From: Nemertoderma westbladi
Taxonomy: Eukaryota; Animalia; Xenacoelomorpha
NCBI GenBank assembly: GCA_032718475.1
Contig: JAUCBJ010001840.1
Span: 38,302 to 102,301, forward strand
Direction: 5' to 3'
DNA: 64,000 nt
Below the pieces are notes generated by a model. It was given only the letters and a program-made list of their open reading frames with translations. It was not told the origin of the DNA and searched no databases. This document shows positions 46,764-59,465 of this stretch, one piece after another; the first letter of the stretch is position 1; each line of letters opens with the position of its first letter. The position numbers and the translations under genes were made by a program.

Positions 46764-47435
46764 TTGAGAAGGGATAGGTTTAAGGCAGTTGAGGACCGAA
46801 TGGAGGTATTGCGGCGCGAATACAGAACCCAATACCCTTACGACTTTGCCATCGACGTGTGCAATGTGAGCGCGAACCCCAATGGGGAGATCGCCAGACT
46901 GTATCATATGAACATGTATCTGTCGCATGATGAACCCCTACCTGCCATTAGAGATCAGTTTGATGGGATGCATCTATATCGAAGAGCCCGAGGAGAAGAT
47001 GAGGAAACGTCGAAAGTCTTCAGTATATACAAGCTGTTCTACAAATGTGGAGAGTGCATGAACAAACAAGATGTATCCATTCCCGATCGTATAAACAAAC
47101 TAAATCCTGAGCCGATATTAATGCGGTGTAAGGCGCACCAGTTCCTCAGGAACAACGAAGGAGGTTACCCGATGAGTAATCCAATGATAAGCATCGACTT
47201 TAGTGGGAAGAGACCCCCGAGGCCTATTATACCGACCATTACGACTCTGGATCCGTATACTGAGGTTGGACCTCGTACAACTCCTGCCTTAATGGAAATG
47301 ACTGCGGCCATTTCGCTTTACCAAGAGTACAAAGACGGAGGCACGGCGCGAAGCGGCACGGGACTCGAGTATGGAGCTCTCGAGTCCCTGGTCAACATTC
47401 ACTTCGCCACATCCGGAAAAGAAGCTCATGTCTGA
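46764..47435 (+). CDS. Unknown ORF (CxxC...CxxH) upstream of the second exonuclease ORF
   Basis: Open frame of 223 codons with CGEC and CKAH; stop overlaps the next start as ATGTCTGA. Confidence 0.5.
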   Translation: MRRDRFKAVEDRMEVLRREYRTQYPYDFAIDVCNVSANPNGEIARLYHMNMYLSHDEPLPAIRDQFDGMHLYRRARGEDEETSKVFSIYKLFYKCGECMNKQDVSIPDRINKLNPEPILMRCKAHQFLRNNEGGYPMSNPMISIDFSGKRPPRPIIPTITTLDPYTEVGPRTTPALMEMTAAISLYQEYKDGGTARSGTGLEYGALESLVNIHFATSGKEAHV

Positions 47436-50300
47436 GCAACAGGATGAGATAGACGTGTTGCGACAGGAAGAACGAGCGGCAAAGGCGAAACAACTTTTCA
47501 TGGAACGCATAGCTGAGTACAATAAGACTGAGGATAGACACCAGGAAAATAAGATGAAAGTTACAGGATTCATTCCACAAGCTATTTCTCAACCCAGACC
47601 AGTGTATTATTCAGGCAGTAACGAAGCTGCGATATTGGTAGATCATTCAGAAGCGCGAGAAACCATTCGGTTCTAACATCACGGGAACTTCGACTGCTTG
47701 AGAGAAGCCATAATTGCGAAGTTCCTACGTGATGTTCCTATGCAGATCACAGACTACGACACCTTGGACAAGATTGGAGCCCCAGGGAGGGTAAGTAATT
47801 AGTTCAGGTGCTTGGATAAATACATAAAGGTATGGATCGCAGTGGCCACGTTCCCAGATGATGAGGAGGTGGACTAAGCATGGTTAAGGCGGAAGGGTTC
47901 CTATACCCACTACGATGACCCTAAGACCATAGAACGCATATGGACCCAACCTGAGGAAATACAACGCCAGTGGAGGAAGATGGAGGAGTCATAAGAGGAC
48001 TGGCGATTAATGTTCTATGATAATGAGGGAGGGTCTCACCAAGAGTGCCTGACGAGCCAATGTATCCAAATCCGAGCAGCTGATGGTGTAACCCACATGT
48101 TTATGAGCGTGAGAGCAGACTGGGACAGACCGAAGCCAATCATAACAACACAATATAGACGCAGGAAGGATCCCCGGGAGCAGATTCTAGAGGTATGTCG
48201 GTGAGGAGGTATGCATGGAGCGGAATGAATAGATGCGAGGATGTTGCCCAAGAAGGTTAGGGAGGCGATTCTCAACCAAGATTATGTCAAGGTGGGATCA
48301 GGTGTCCAAAGTGATTTAGAGATTGATTTCAATGCTATGGCAGACCCGGAGGACCGATTGCCGAGACCGTTTGTCGATACGAAACTATTACTGCTATGGT
48401 CGCAGGATGTTGGGATTTATAGAGAGTACCCAATTCTGCCAAGACTGGTATGGGTTTTATAGCGCATTTATTATATAATTGGGATTTTAAGTTGAAGACG
48501 CAGAAGAAGTATGAGGAGGCGTATGGTGAATATAAAACGCCGCCAGGAGCCGAGTTCAAATCCCATTTTAAGTGACAAGCTTTGGTATATTGGAACATTT
48601 GCACACCACCTCGCGCTTCGTTGCAGTATTATTTAGTGTTGGATTCAAACATGGTAACTTGCCTGATAACGGACATAGTCGCGAGAGTTTTGAAGCGTCA
48701 TCCGTTGGTGTTTGGAGGAGATCAATACATCAGATCAAAGGGAGAAATTCAGTCCGATGTGATGAAGCGTTTCTTAACCCCGTTCTTCAACCAATCTTTG
48801 GATAACACATCGATGGTCAGAAAGGGATTAGCGATTTTCGAGGGAGTATACCGACAGAACATTGGAGACTTGGAAGATCGACCTTCCGTGGAGTATCCGA
48901 CGCCAGAAGCGTTAGAGAAGTTGTTCAGGAACCAAACCCGCTGGTTTGGTACTCCCAGTCACATGGACGCAGACAGAGCGGTTAGGGAGAAGAAGGGAGA
49001 GGGTTGGCCGGAGACATTAGTAGAGGTGTTCGGAATGGATCTTCCGGTGGAGAAGACATATCCTAAACGGACGAGAGAGGAAATATTAGAGGTCAAGAGT
49101 AAGGGTGAGGATGCTTACTTTGTTCCAGAACAACAACCCTTGACCGTAAAAAGATGACATCGTTCTAGACATTGGGAAAGAAGGGAGTGCGAGACCGATT
49201 GGAGACCTAATATATGAGAGGGCTTGGTTCCCACAAGCGTGTAGATGTAAATTGTGCAGTAGCACAAGACACAGTCAGAAAACGTGTAAAGCAATTGTCA
49301 AACCAGCGCACAAGGTCTGCCGTTGGTGGAACGAAATGGATCATTCCTTTTATACGTGTACCATGTTCATTTCCCAGTGCGTATATTGTGGGGTGAAGGG
49401 ACATTGCAGCTCCAAGTGTCAGCTGCGCAATGACCCCTTTCAGCACCATAGCGCCATCCTTCTTCGAGAGATGTTGGATAAGTGGGAGGAAGTGGTGGAC
49501 TATCACATCCAGGCCCAAATGCGGTAGCTGCCGTTCAAGGCAGGATATGGATTCTGGGTGGTGGATCTGTCACATGTAGCATATGAACCCTACCTTCAAT
49601 CGCTACCACAGTATCAAGAGTTGATGCTTACTGCCCAAGACATTCCAAGAAATACAGGAGTTGTAGTTATTAGATCATATTTCCGACAACTCAACATGGA
49701 CAATCAGTATACGTGGAACTTTGTCAGTATTTGTGATCAGATCACGAATGGAATATTTTCAGAGACCAGGAAAGTGGTACGCGCGAGAGGCGATTGGAGG
49801 ATGGCGGCCATCCAATATAGGAACGAGTTTCTATTAACGCATGTTCGTTTGGGGTCATTGACCACTGAATGAATAGAGAAAGTAAGAGCCAACACGCCCA
49901 CAGCGACGACAGAGTACTGGCGAAGCAGTCCTTGGCAAATGGCAAGCTAAGGATGCGCAATATCATGGAATTATTGATGCACAGCGGCTGCAGCGAAAGG
50001 CACAGGGGATGTACGAAAGGCAGGTGTGCAGCTACAGAAGGAGGAATTAGCGGAGTTACCTACAGCGGCGCGGCATATGGGGCGAGGTTGAGGACGGTGC
50101 GTTAGTCGGGAAACCATTAGCGCTCAAGGATCATCTTGATCGCCAATCCCGGGAAGCGAGGCCTCCAGGACGCTGTCAGCAGATTCTGCCGGGGGCAGAT
50201 GGGTATATTTGGGACGAGGCCAGAATAGGGGAGCAAGCCCGAGAGACCCGGGAAGGAGCCAGCGACAAACTGTAGACATATACATCATCATCACTCTGAT
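47428..50300 (+). pseudogene. Decayed DEDDy exonuclease plus Cys/His knuckle ORF, homologous to the Bel3 accessory ORF
   Basis: ATG 47428 is in frame with MFYDNEG (48010). Then LPKKVREAILNQDYVKVGSGVQSDLEIDF, RPFVDTK, KTGMGFIAHLLYNWDFK, YYLVLDS, CVYCGVKGHCSSKC, with several stops and frameshifts. End approximate. Confidence 0.8.
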
Positions 50301-50349
50301 GTATATTGTAGGTAATAAAAATATATATCAGACTGGACTCATTGAACAT

Positions 50350-50720
50350 ATATATATGACCAATCCTATTAAAGCGTTATTGGAGGAGGTGAAGGAAGTG
50401 ATTGGGGAGACAAACCCGCGGGTTCCTAATTGTGCAGTTTTTAACTCCGTTGGTGCAGGTGTAACAAGTGACATTGCGGGTGGTTGGGCAGGGGTCTGCA
50501 GTTAGGCTAGCTCGAATCAGAAGTTGTTTCAGTTTAGGACCTGGGGTACTGACTAGGCGGATATGGTGATGTAAGTTGGAGGTGTTAATAATTTGTTGTG
50601 TGTGTCTGTGTAGGTGTTCGTTGATGTACGGTATAACCAGTGGTGTGCGGGGTCCATTGGTGGTAGTGTTCATGGCGTGTAAGTTGCGTTTCTGTGGTGG
50701 GGGCCTACCGCTAAGTATAG
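50350..50720 (-). pseudogene. Penelope-like element fragment (linker and start of GIY-YIG endonuclease)
   Basis: LVIPYINE..LKQLL..PC..CYTC..CTIRN is the PLE IPY/Cys-linker pattern preceding GIY-YIG. Confidence 0.6.
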
Positions 50721-51599
50721 TATTGGTTGATGAACAATAGTATAGTATGTAGTAACTATATAGTATGATGTATTTATTAAATAGAATAAAATAGCCTCGC
50801 ATAGGTGCATAACCATGCAAAATTTGAAGGCAATATCTCCGCTATTTTTCAACGAAATTCAAATTGTGTCACATATTTGGAATCCTTGCATGACCAGCTT
50901 TCCATTGGTACCAACAAACAGCTATAAGCTAGAAGAATTACTGCGGTGTAACTGGTGTAATATCGCTGGAGACACTTTTTTAAACGCTTGTAGCTAAAGA
51001 TTGAAAGCAAAAATAGAAATTCTGGCTCACCAAGTCAGTAGTGGTCGGGAGGTGAAACTATCTCTGTTTCAAATTTCATGCAATCTAATTAAGATTTGTG
51101 GGACATGGTGTAATTAGTATGCAACTCTGTATATCTAAGACACCGTAATTTACTTTAGCACTTAGAATAAAATAAAGAGTTTGTACGCTGCATAGCGGAG
51201 AATAGTTTGGGTAAATTACACTTAGAAATACTTTAGGATATTCGACGCGCTAGGCAGTTATTTGAAAGTAGCGGGTCAGCAGGCTTACAGCGGTAGCTGG
51301 AGTAGCGCAGTAGTAATTTCGCTGAGTTAAATCAGTGCAAGGTCAAAGTTTTGACATTAGGGCAATTAATATCCCATCTTTTTGCATATTAAATTATTCT
51401 CACATTCGACATTGTTGAGCCTGGCAAACTACCTGTATTTATCTGTGAAAAGTGAATGCCGAGTGCTAAGTCACCCGCACTCGTATTAAGTAGCTTGGGA
51501 AGTCAAATCAGATTTATTGTTTTGGTTATTTCTGTTTGGATTATAAATTAGAACGATTAGCTTGATGTGTTATAGCTTGATTAAATTTGTTTCATTTGA

Positions 51600-51960
51600 A
51601 AATACGAACATATCAAAAGGAAGAATCCCCTTTGAGATTTCTTTAACAGAATAAGCCTCTCTGCTGGGATCTTTAACACATTGCATTCAAAGCAAAGTCA
51701 TTACTGGTGAACTGAATGTGCAAATTGGCCCAGAAGACCTCAAGGGTTACACCTATAACACCAGTTCTAACATAAATGGGTACTTACTTTTAGACCTAAT
51801 GGAAGAATGTGAATTGATACCAACAAACAACACATTCGAAAAGTGTAAGGGGAAGCTATGGTGGACCTTTCAATACCCTAATGGACTAAATAAATAATGG
51901 TGCTAAATAAAGCACAACTGGATTACATCCTTATAAACAAAAAGGGGAGAAACAGCATGA
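51600..51960 (+). pseudogene. Decayed RTE-like LINE AP-endonuclease fragment
   Basis: GELNVQIG..NINGYLLLDL..FEKCKGKLWWTFQYPNG..AQLDYILINKK.RNS. Confidence 0.6.
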
Positions 51961-51992
51961 TTAATTAGAATATTAGCTTTAATCAATTAATC

Positions 51993-52143
51993 AGTAGAAG
52001 GAAAGTCATATGAACTGCCTTGGGATGTATTTCCGCTTAATAAGTTTCCCCAGTGCCAATAGTAATAAGATATTATAATTAACCAAATCTATTTGATAAC
52101 CAAATCAATCTGAACAAAACAATTGAACCACACTTAGTAGGTA
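51993..52143 (+). repeat. ~150-bp dispersed repeat, copy 2
   Basis: Near-identical to 30615-30764. Confidence 0.8.
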
Positions 52144-52450
52144 AGTGGGAGAGGGAAAGTTTAGAAAATTTGTAAAGTTGGTGAAATATCATGTAGTCTG
52201 ACGTCAGCTACGAAAGATCATGTGTTTCAAGAAAATGTTAAATTTTTTGGGAACGCCTGATTTTCCAGAGCTGAAATTTTGGTTCCTTGTAGTGAATTGA
52301 AGACTACATTTTACGAAATTGAAAAGTTACGACAAATTAATTGGGGATCAGCTAGAGACTCCAAAGTAATGACATACCGGCTAACTTGTGCGGTACTGGT
52401 ACTGTGCGCAATTCTAAATTTCAAATATTTCAATTTCTAAGTACGGAATT

Positions 52451-54169
52451 TGTGACGGGATCCAATGGAGTTGGCAGTATGGATCCCGACCGGTGTTTGT
52501 GTTATACGCGTCGCCGCGTCCGTAGGCTGCTAAAGCTGTGGTCTGGATATATATAATAGGCCGAAGGCCGTTGAAATGACTGAGTTTTTACTGTCAGTTG
52601 TTGTCAGTTGTTGTAATCACAGAACATAATAATAGCACAGTCAGAATATAATTTCACGGTAATGACGACGGTTAAAAACCGTTCTGGTCTCACAACTGTA
52701 TAGATACCAACTGAATCAAAACCCACAAGCACAACGGTTATATATTATTATTAACACATATGGTTATATGGTCCAAGTAATAGCCAAGCTGCCCCAACAC
52801 CAAGCCAACCTTTGTAACCTGGTAAGCGAGAAAGGAGCGTCCGCCTGGCTGAACTGCAAACCTCTGACTCTACATGAAACTCACCTCGATAAACAAGTGT
52901 TCCGCGACTCCTTGTGCCTCCGCTACGGGTGGATGCCGCCGAATCTTGCATCTTGTTGTGCCTGTGGGGTGCGATTTACCTCATCCCATGTCCTGTCGTG
53001 CCCCACTGGAGGATTCCCCTCCATTCGGCACAACAAGATCCCCGACTTCGTTGCCGACACCCTAACCAAGGTGGCCCACAATGTAGGGGTGGAACCGCAA
53101 CTCCAGCCATTATCGGGCGAGACTTTCAGTCATCGGTCGACTTCGACAGACCAGCAGGCGAGGCTAGACGTTTCGGTGAGCGGATTCTGGGGCAACCGCT
53201 TCCAGAAGACGTTCATCAACGTCTCAGTCTTTAACCCGCTGGCAGACACCAACGCGGCGATGTCCCTTCCGGCAGCCCACCTACACCATGAGTCTTGCAA
53301 GAGACTCAAGTACGAGGACCGGTTGCGGGAGGTCGAGCACGCCAGCTTCACTCCGCTTATCTTCTCAACGTTCGGTGGAACTTCGCCGGCAGCGTCGCAG
53401 TTCCTCAAGCGCTTGTCACTGAAGCTGTCCGACAAACGTGACTACCCGTACTCCGAGTGCGTGGTGTGGGTGCGCAGGCGGCTGAGCTTCGCGCTATTGC
53501 GATCAGCCCTCCTCTGTCTGTGTGGCAATCGGTCCGCCGGGAAGCGTCCGGTGAGGTGCGATGTTGGGGAAACGTCCATCGTCCTCAGTAACGCCGACAG
53601 CAATCCGGTGTGATGGGCAGTTCATTACAGTATTCAGGTATTAGCTGCAGACAGTACTGGTATTGCAGTCCTGTAGGCAATATTCTACCTTGTGTTTATA
53701 TGGTTGCTAGGTGATGGGTAATGACAGCTGGTGGTGGTTGAATTATGTTTGTCCAGTAATTTTTGTGCTTTGTGTGTTATTTTTAAAGATGAATATATTA
53801 TAATAGTAGACTAAAAAAAAAAAAAAAAAATTATTAACACATATTAGTCACAGCTACTGTATTGAGTGGCCTGGCCAGTAGATGCGTTCCAATCACCCGT
53901 TTTCCCCTCCCATCATTGGCTAATCCGATTAATGTCTATCTCGCCACTCCCTGCTGCCACTATCCCCATGAACTAGCCTTGCTAGCCCCTTTGTCCCTCT
54001 GAGATGGTTTATGAACTCTCAACTTTCTTTGTGGCTGGTGATGTGTATCGCCTAAATTGGTTGTTAGGTGACATTACTTATTGGTAATGTTACCTTCCCA
54101 ATTATAATTGGTAAAATGCCACTTCGCCCATTTTCCGCTGGGTAGTGCAGGGAATTGAATCCGCTTACA
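52451..54169 (-). mobile_element. LTR (about 636 bp without the CRE insertion); 3' LTR of a truncated element
   Basis: TGTGACGGGATCC...CCGCTTACA, related to 56336-56969 and 62864-63428; followed by CTCCCCCCCAT (PPT on minus) and a short internal remnant to ~54500. Confidence 0.75.
52762..53830 (+). mobile_element. 5'-truncated CRE-like (RLE-endonuclease) non-LTR retrotransposon
   Basis: ORF 52768-53613: SAWL, FRDSLCLRYG, CACG..HVLSC, RHN, ARLDV..GFW, KRLKY, FTPLIFSTFGG. Poly(A) at 53813-53830; TSD TTATTAACACATAT at 52748-52761 and 53831-53844. Confidence 0.88.
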
Positions 54170-54499
54170 CTCCCCCCCATGCTATCTTCCCAGTGAGAAG
54201 ATAGCATCAACCTTAAGTGCGCTTCAATTCCGCTGGAATCCAATCTAATATTGGATGTGGGGTGGAATTTTCTTCTCGGGGTCAGCTTTCCAGGCTGCCC
54301 CCCCCCCATGGGTCTGTTATCACTACCCATCCTTGGTACATCTGCGAGCTAAGCTGTGCCAAGGCATCTGGCGTCTCTGTTTTAGACGATCGCCCTCACT
54401 CCTCACACAATTTTGCCTCTCAGACTTTGTTGTCCCTTCCTCTCTCGCCAGTCCCTTGGGACTCATCCCCCTTCATGATCGCTCCCCACGCTAAAAATG

Positions 54500-54743
54500 T
54501 ATCTTTCAAATGTTGTGAAAATTGTGCACTACTTGTAATTTTGGTGTTGCAATATAACCACCCCAGTACATTTTTTCGAAAATTTTCTTTTTCGGTCGGA
54601 ACCAGACTAGTGATACCTACTTACAAACAAAAAATCAGACGTTTTTGTAAATATTTTTAGATTTTAGAAAGGTCGGTCAATATGACCCCCCCCCCCCCCC
54701 GGTATTTGTACAACATTTTATAGCCCGGTACTAATAGGGTTAA
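54500..54743. mobile_element. Possible piggyBac-type MITE end
   Basis: Ends ...CCCGGTACTAATAGGG followed by TTAA; the other end was not identified. Confidence 0.35.
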
Positions 54744-54799
54744 TGCCCATTGAAAAAGACAAATAGACTAATAAACAAAGAAAGTGTCTCTAGAGTGGA

Positions 54800-56335
54800 T
54801 AAAGATGATGACAGAATAAACAATGAGGCTATAAAAATAAACCTAGAGTTCAGGAGAGCTAAACGTTACAAGGAGCAACACACATACTGCAATATCTCAG
54901 GGGATTAGTTACAGCATGAAGGTCAACGCGGACTAAATTTTGGCACCAATATCAGATGTGCACGCAAATTATCTTTATGCACATTACTCTCAAAAATTCA
55001 AGCGGGTTGATGACAACCAGTTTACAGTAGAACTAGACAGTCTCCTAAAGAATAAAACTACAGGGTCTAACTGAAGTCTTTTCAAATCATCAGACATAGC
55101 AACAGCACTTTCTAAACTTAATAATGGGAAAACGCCTGACTCTTACTCCCTCACAGCAGAACATCTCTCAAGTGTACAGTCTGAAAAGTTACATTCATTC
55201 ATGGCAGAGTTATACTATACAATAATGGCATCTAGCAAATTCCCTAAATGTCTGTGTACGAGTTTACTACTCACACTCATAAAGGGATCAGACCAGGATA
55301 TCTACAAAACGGACAGTTACTATGATTTCAGTATTGGCAAAGACCTGGGAGATATTGATATCCGACGATATCAAAAAGATCACTACAAACAATATGCAAA
55401 TGGGGTATAAAAGTAAGCAAAGTACTGAACTCCCTTATATTGCAGCCAGCAAGCTAATAAAATATTTCAATACATGAGGTTCTAATGTATATGTAGTATC
55501 ACTAGATTTGACCAGTGCATTCGACACAATCTCTTACCAACACTTATTTGGGAAATTGTCCACCACCAACTTGGACACCTCAATCATTAAGACATTATTA
55601 TCTTAGTTCTCCAAATACCACTGCAGTATTTGGTTAGGCAAGGTGGGGTATTATCTACATTTCTCTTTAATATTTATATGTCTGCGCTCTTTGACGAGTG
55701 TCAGGGCTGGGTTTACATGTAAATAATATAATAAGGCATTCGAGCTTTGAATTATGCAGACGATATTACTCTTATTAAATTTTAAAACAGACATAGAGAA
55801 AATGATACAAATATGTAAAGTCTATCCACATAGGCACAAACTTATTCTCAATCTGACAAAGACACGCTTCATAGTCTGTCCAAGTAGAGGGAGAGGGACA
55901 AATAATCAGGATCATATAATTACTAAGAATGGGATCGTTATGGAATCGACTGCATCCTGTAAATTCCTCAGGTTACCACTACCTGCAACCAATAAATCCA
56001 CACAGGATCACTATATTCAAACGAATCTGGATCAATGTCTCTAGGGTGCATATGAGGGGACTATATGTAGAGTCAGTTCCACTCGACATTACAGCTCTTA
56101 TGTGGCGCACGTTTTGTGCACAATCCATTCTCAACAGGGTGGTAATAATTAGCCAGGATCTTCTTAGTAATCTCTCCACTGCCTGGCGGAAAGCGATGAG
56201 AAATATCCTAAAAATGGGAAATTACTCCTCAAACAGTTTGCTCCATGCACTTTTGACTCACATGATTTCACCACCCTTGTGCACCAGTCAAGAGCCATTC
56301 AATATTCAACTGCGAAAATCGCAAGCTTTCCTATC
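54800..56335 (+). pseudogene. Decayed LINE ORF2 RT (RTEX/RTE-like)
   Basis: KLNNGKTPDSYSLTAEHL, GSNVYVVSLDLTSAFDTI, VRQGGVLSTFLFNIYM, NYADDILL across broken frames. Confidence 0.7.
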
Positions 56336-56969
56336 TGTGACGGTATCCACTGGAGTTGACAGTGGTGGATACCGACCGGTGTAGATTGTACGCGTCGTCG
56401 CGTTCATAGGCTGCTGGCCAAGTGCTGGATATATAGGCCTTTGGAAAACACAAAGTTAAATTGTCAGTGTTAATAATCACAGCAGTTGATAATAGCACAG
56501 TCTGAATATAACAATATGCAATACAAACAGTAATGATGACGGTCAAAACTATGCCGGTCTCACAACCGTAAGCAAATCAACTAACTAATAATCAGAAATC
56601 ACAACGGTTATACCATTGACACATATTGGATTACTCCTACACTACAGGACGGCCCTAATATCCAATAGATGCGCTCCTGTCCCCCCTAATGTGCTTTCCC
56701 GCCCACTATTGGCTTAACCTGATTAATTGTCACCCCGGCACTCCCTGTTGACCCTGCCCTTGGTGCTAGCCTTACTAGCTTGTTTCTCCCTCTGAGGTGG
56801 TTTGACCTGTCACATCTCTCTGTGGCTTACTGTGTGTATCGCCCCCCCCCCCCCCCCAGTTGGTTATGAGGTGAGATTATTATTGGTAATCTCACATCGC
56901 CAACTATATTGGGAGAATGCCACTAATCCCATTTTCGGTGAGTAATGCATGGGATTGAATCTGCTTACA
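56336..56969. mobile_element. Solo LTR
   Basis: TGTGACGG...GCTTACA; flanks CTATC/CTATA (5-bp TSD with one mismatch); same family as 52451 and 62864. Confidence 0.75.
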
Positions 56970-57879
56970 CTATATTTTCAGTCACTTGTTAGTACGTCAT
57001 CTTGTTGGATATAGAACAGACGCTCTGTTCTCTGCCTACACAGTCGGCCCCTGGTATCTTGCGCTGCCTAGTTTACCAGCCTTAGCCATAAGCAGGTACT
57101 ACTGTCCAAATTCCTGTTTTAACATGATAGATAAGGGTGAGCTTAGTATGCGACAAATTTCTTTATTTTTATTTGACTAACCTATTGTGCAGTGGTGATA
57201 CACCCTTTCCATACAAAAAACAATGTCTGATGGACATGTATGGAAAGGATTGGTACTAGGATTTTAATGCACTGATCGTATGGCCTAGATGTTGTACTGT
57301 TTATTATTAATGTATGTTATATGTACCATATAGAAGTAGGAATATATAAAATACTTAGTGATCTATATTAAAATGTATGGCCTAGCTGCAGGTGCATCCT
57401 TTTATGGTCATGTATGTATGGTCGTTCTCTCAAAAAGTGGCCAAACTTTTATGTCAAAATGGCCATGCATTCGCACGGTTATATTTCCAAACGACACAGA
57501 TTTAACCCCATGAACCTATATACCAATCGGAAGAGCGGAAATCTGCTCAACATTCCATTCACAACCTAGAGAATGACACCATTTCAAATATCGAAAATGC
57601 ATGTTTTTTGAAATCTCACATTGAATTATTTTGAAATATTTGGCTTCTGAGCTAAAGCAATGAAAGGTTCCACATACCGGTACCATACATCAAAATAAAG
57701 CAAATTTAATGCTCTTTCACATACTATTGGTGGTTTTCAACCGAAGCTACTGACATTTTATACTATTTACTAAAAATTAATTACGCCATCACTAGGATTT
57801 TGTCCACCATGTAACGCTCGTTTTCATGACATGGTTTTTTTTATTTATTCACAACATCTCGAAGTGAGATATTTCCAAA

Positions 57880-58980
57880 TGGCGATTTAGTTTGCTACCA
57901 GCAGGTAAAAGAATTATCTCACTGCGATGTACCTTAAGTTAAATCACTCTTCCACTTCCCAGCTTCGAAAAATTGTAACACACTATTTTTCAGCACTGGA
58001 TTTAGAACAGTCACTTGTTCAAATAGAATCTCATTGTCACCAATGTGAATCCTTAAGGAAGTACCACGTTTTGCTGTTGAACAAACTACTACCATTATAG
58101 CTGAGATAGTAGGATCCTCGTTGCAGCTGATATTCTCCGAGAATCTAAACAGTATATTTTAGTAGTACGAGAAGGAGTTACTGCTTATACTACTACAAGT
58201 ATCATACCTGATGAGAAAGGAGCGACATTACATGATGGACTCTTAAGACTATGTTCGGGTTTAACACTTTTCCAAGGCTAACTCTGCAACATACGAGTTG
58301 ACCCTGGTACTGGATTCACCTCACTAAAAGATGATAGAGATCTCCGTAACCACAACCTCATAGTCGATGTTGGATGTAAAAGAACCCAAACAAGAATCCT
58401 ATTGCTACGAGAGCAGTGTATGATCCCTCTGGCAATCCAATCTCACCAACAATGTTGTTGTTGAGTACCACACACCTTAATTCCAACCTGAGATTCTCTG
58501 GTTTTTCCTCACGTGAAATGCTTTACCAACATGATCAATTCACAGCCGAGTCCTGTCAAGTTGATGATAGAAAATTTACATTGAACAAACACAATCAATG
58601 GGTTATTAACCATAACCACCCCTACAGCATTAAGTCTAAAACCCCAAGAGGTTCTGTTATTAACCATCCCTACAGCATTAAGTCTAAAACCCCAAGAGGA
58701 ACTGTTGCCGGTATAGGTGATATTGTCTATTATATTGTGATGGCAGTATGGTCTCCAGTCGACCCTGATATTATGGTAACATCAATCAGTTGTGATAGGA
58801 CATTCGCAAGTTACACGAAACCAGTTTCGGAATGAGCAATATAAGATCAAAGCCTCGGAATGTTATAAAGTCCCAGAACATCAGGCTTCCATTTCATTCT
58901 ATCAAAAATATGAAGAGTCAGAGTCTGATGATGAGGGATACGATATAAACCACAATAGTGAAAGTGATTTCGGAAGATAG
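57880..58980 (+). pseudogene. Decayed Gypsy-like integrase
   Basis: LKLNHSS..CHQC, AADIL, IRVDPGTGF, KNPNKNPIA across broken frames. Confidence 0.65.
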
Positions 58981-59465
58981 GGATCAGTGCAGTGTATTGG
59001 TTGAGATCCTAATGTCCCTGATATTGTGAATGACAAGGGTCAAGGTCAGCCATTGTTTACAAATCACAGGACAGATGGTGATCAAGATTCTGCTTACCTA
59101 CCGGTACCGCGATTCTGCTACTTTTACCTTCCTCTGCATGTTACTGCATGTACTTGCCATTATTATACCTTTACCTTGTCGGCTTGTTACTGAGTTACAT
59201 TGTTACCTTTATTGGGTTGGCCATACCTATTACATATCTACATACACACCCCCTGTCTGGCGCAGGTTGTTCCATCTGATGCAAAGGGGCTCATTCATTG
59301 GCTATTTCGGGTTTCTTTGTCCTAGGATGGTGACTGAGACCGGTCATAGCCAGAACACCATTATGAATACCACTTAAGTCGCTGACTGATCTACTGTAGG
59401 ACCGTGTAAGAGCGACTTAAATTTAGGACTGGATTTAAAACACTGTCCCAAGTCTGGGACTCTAC

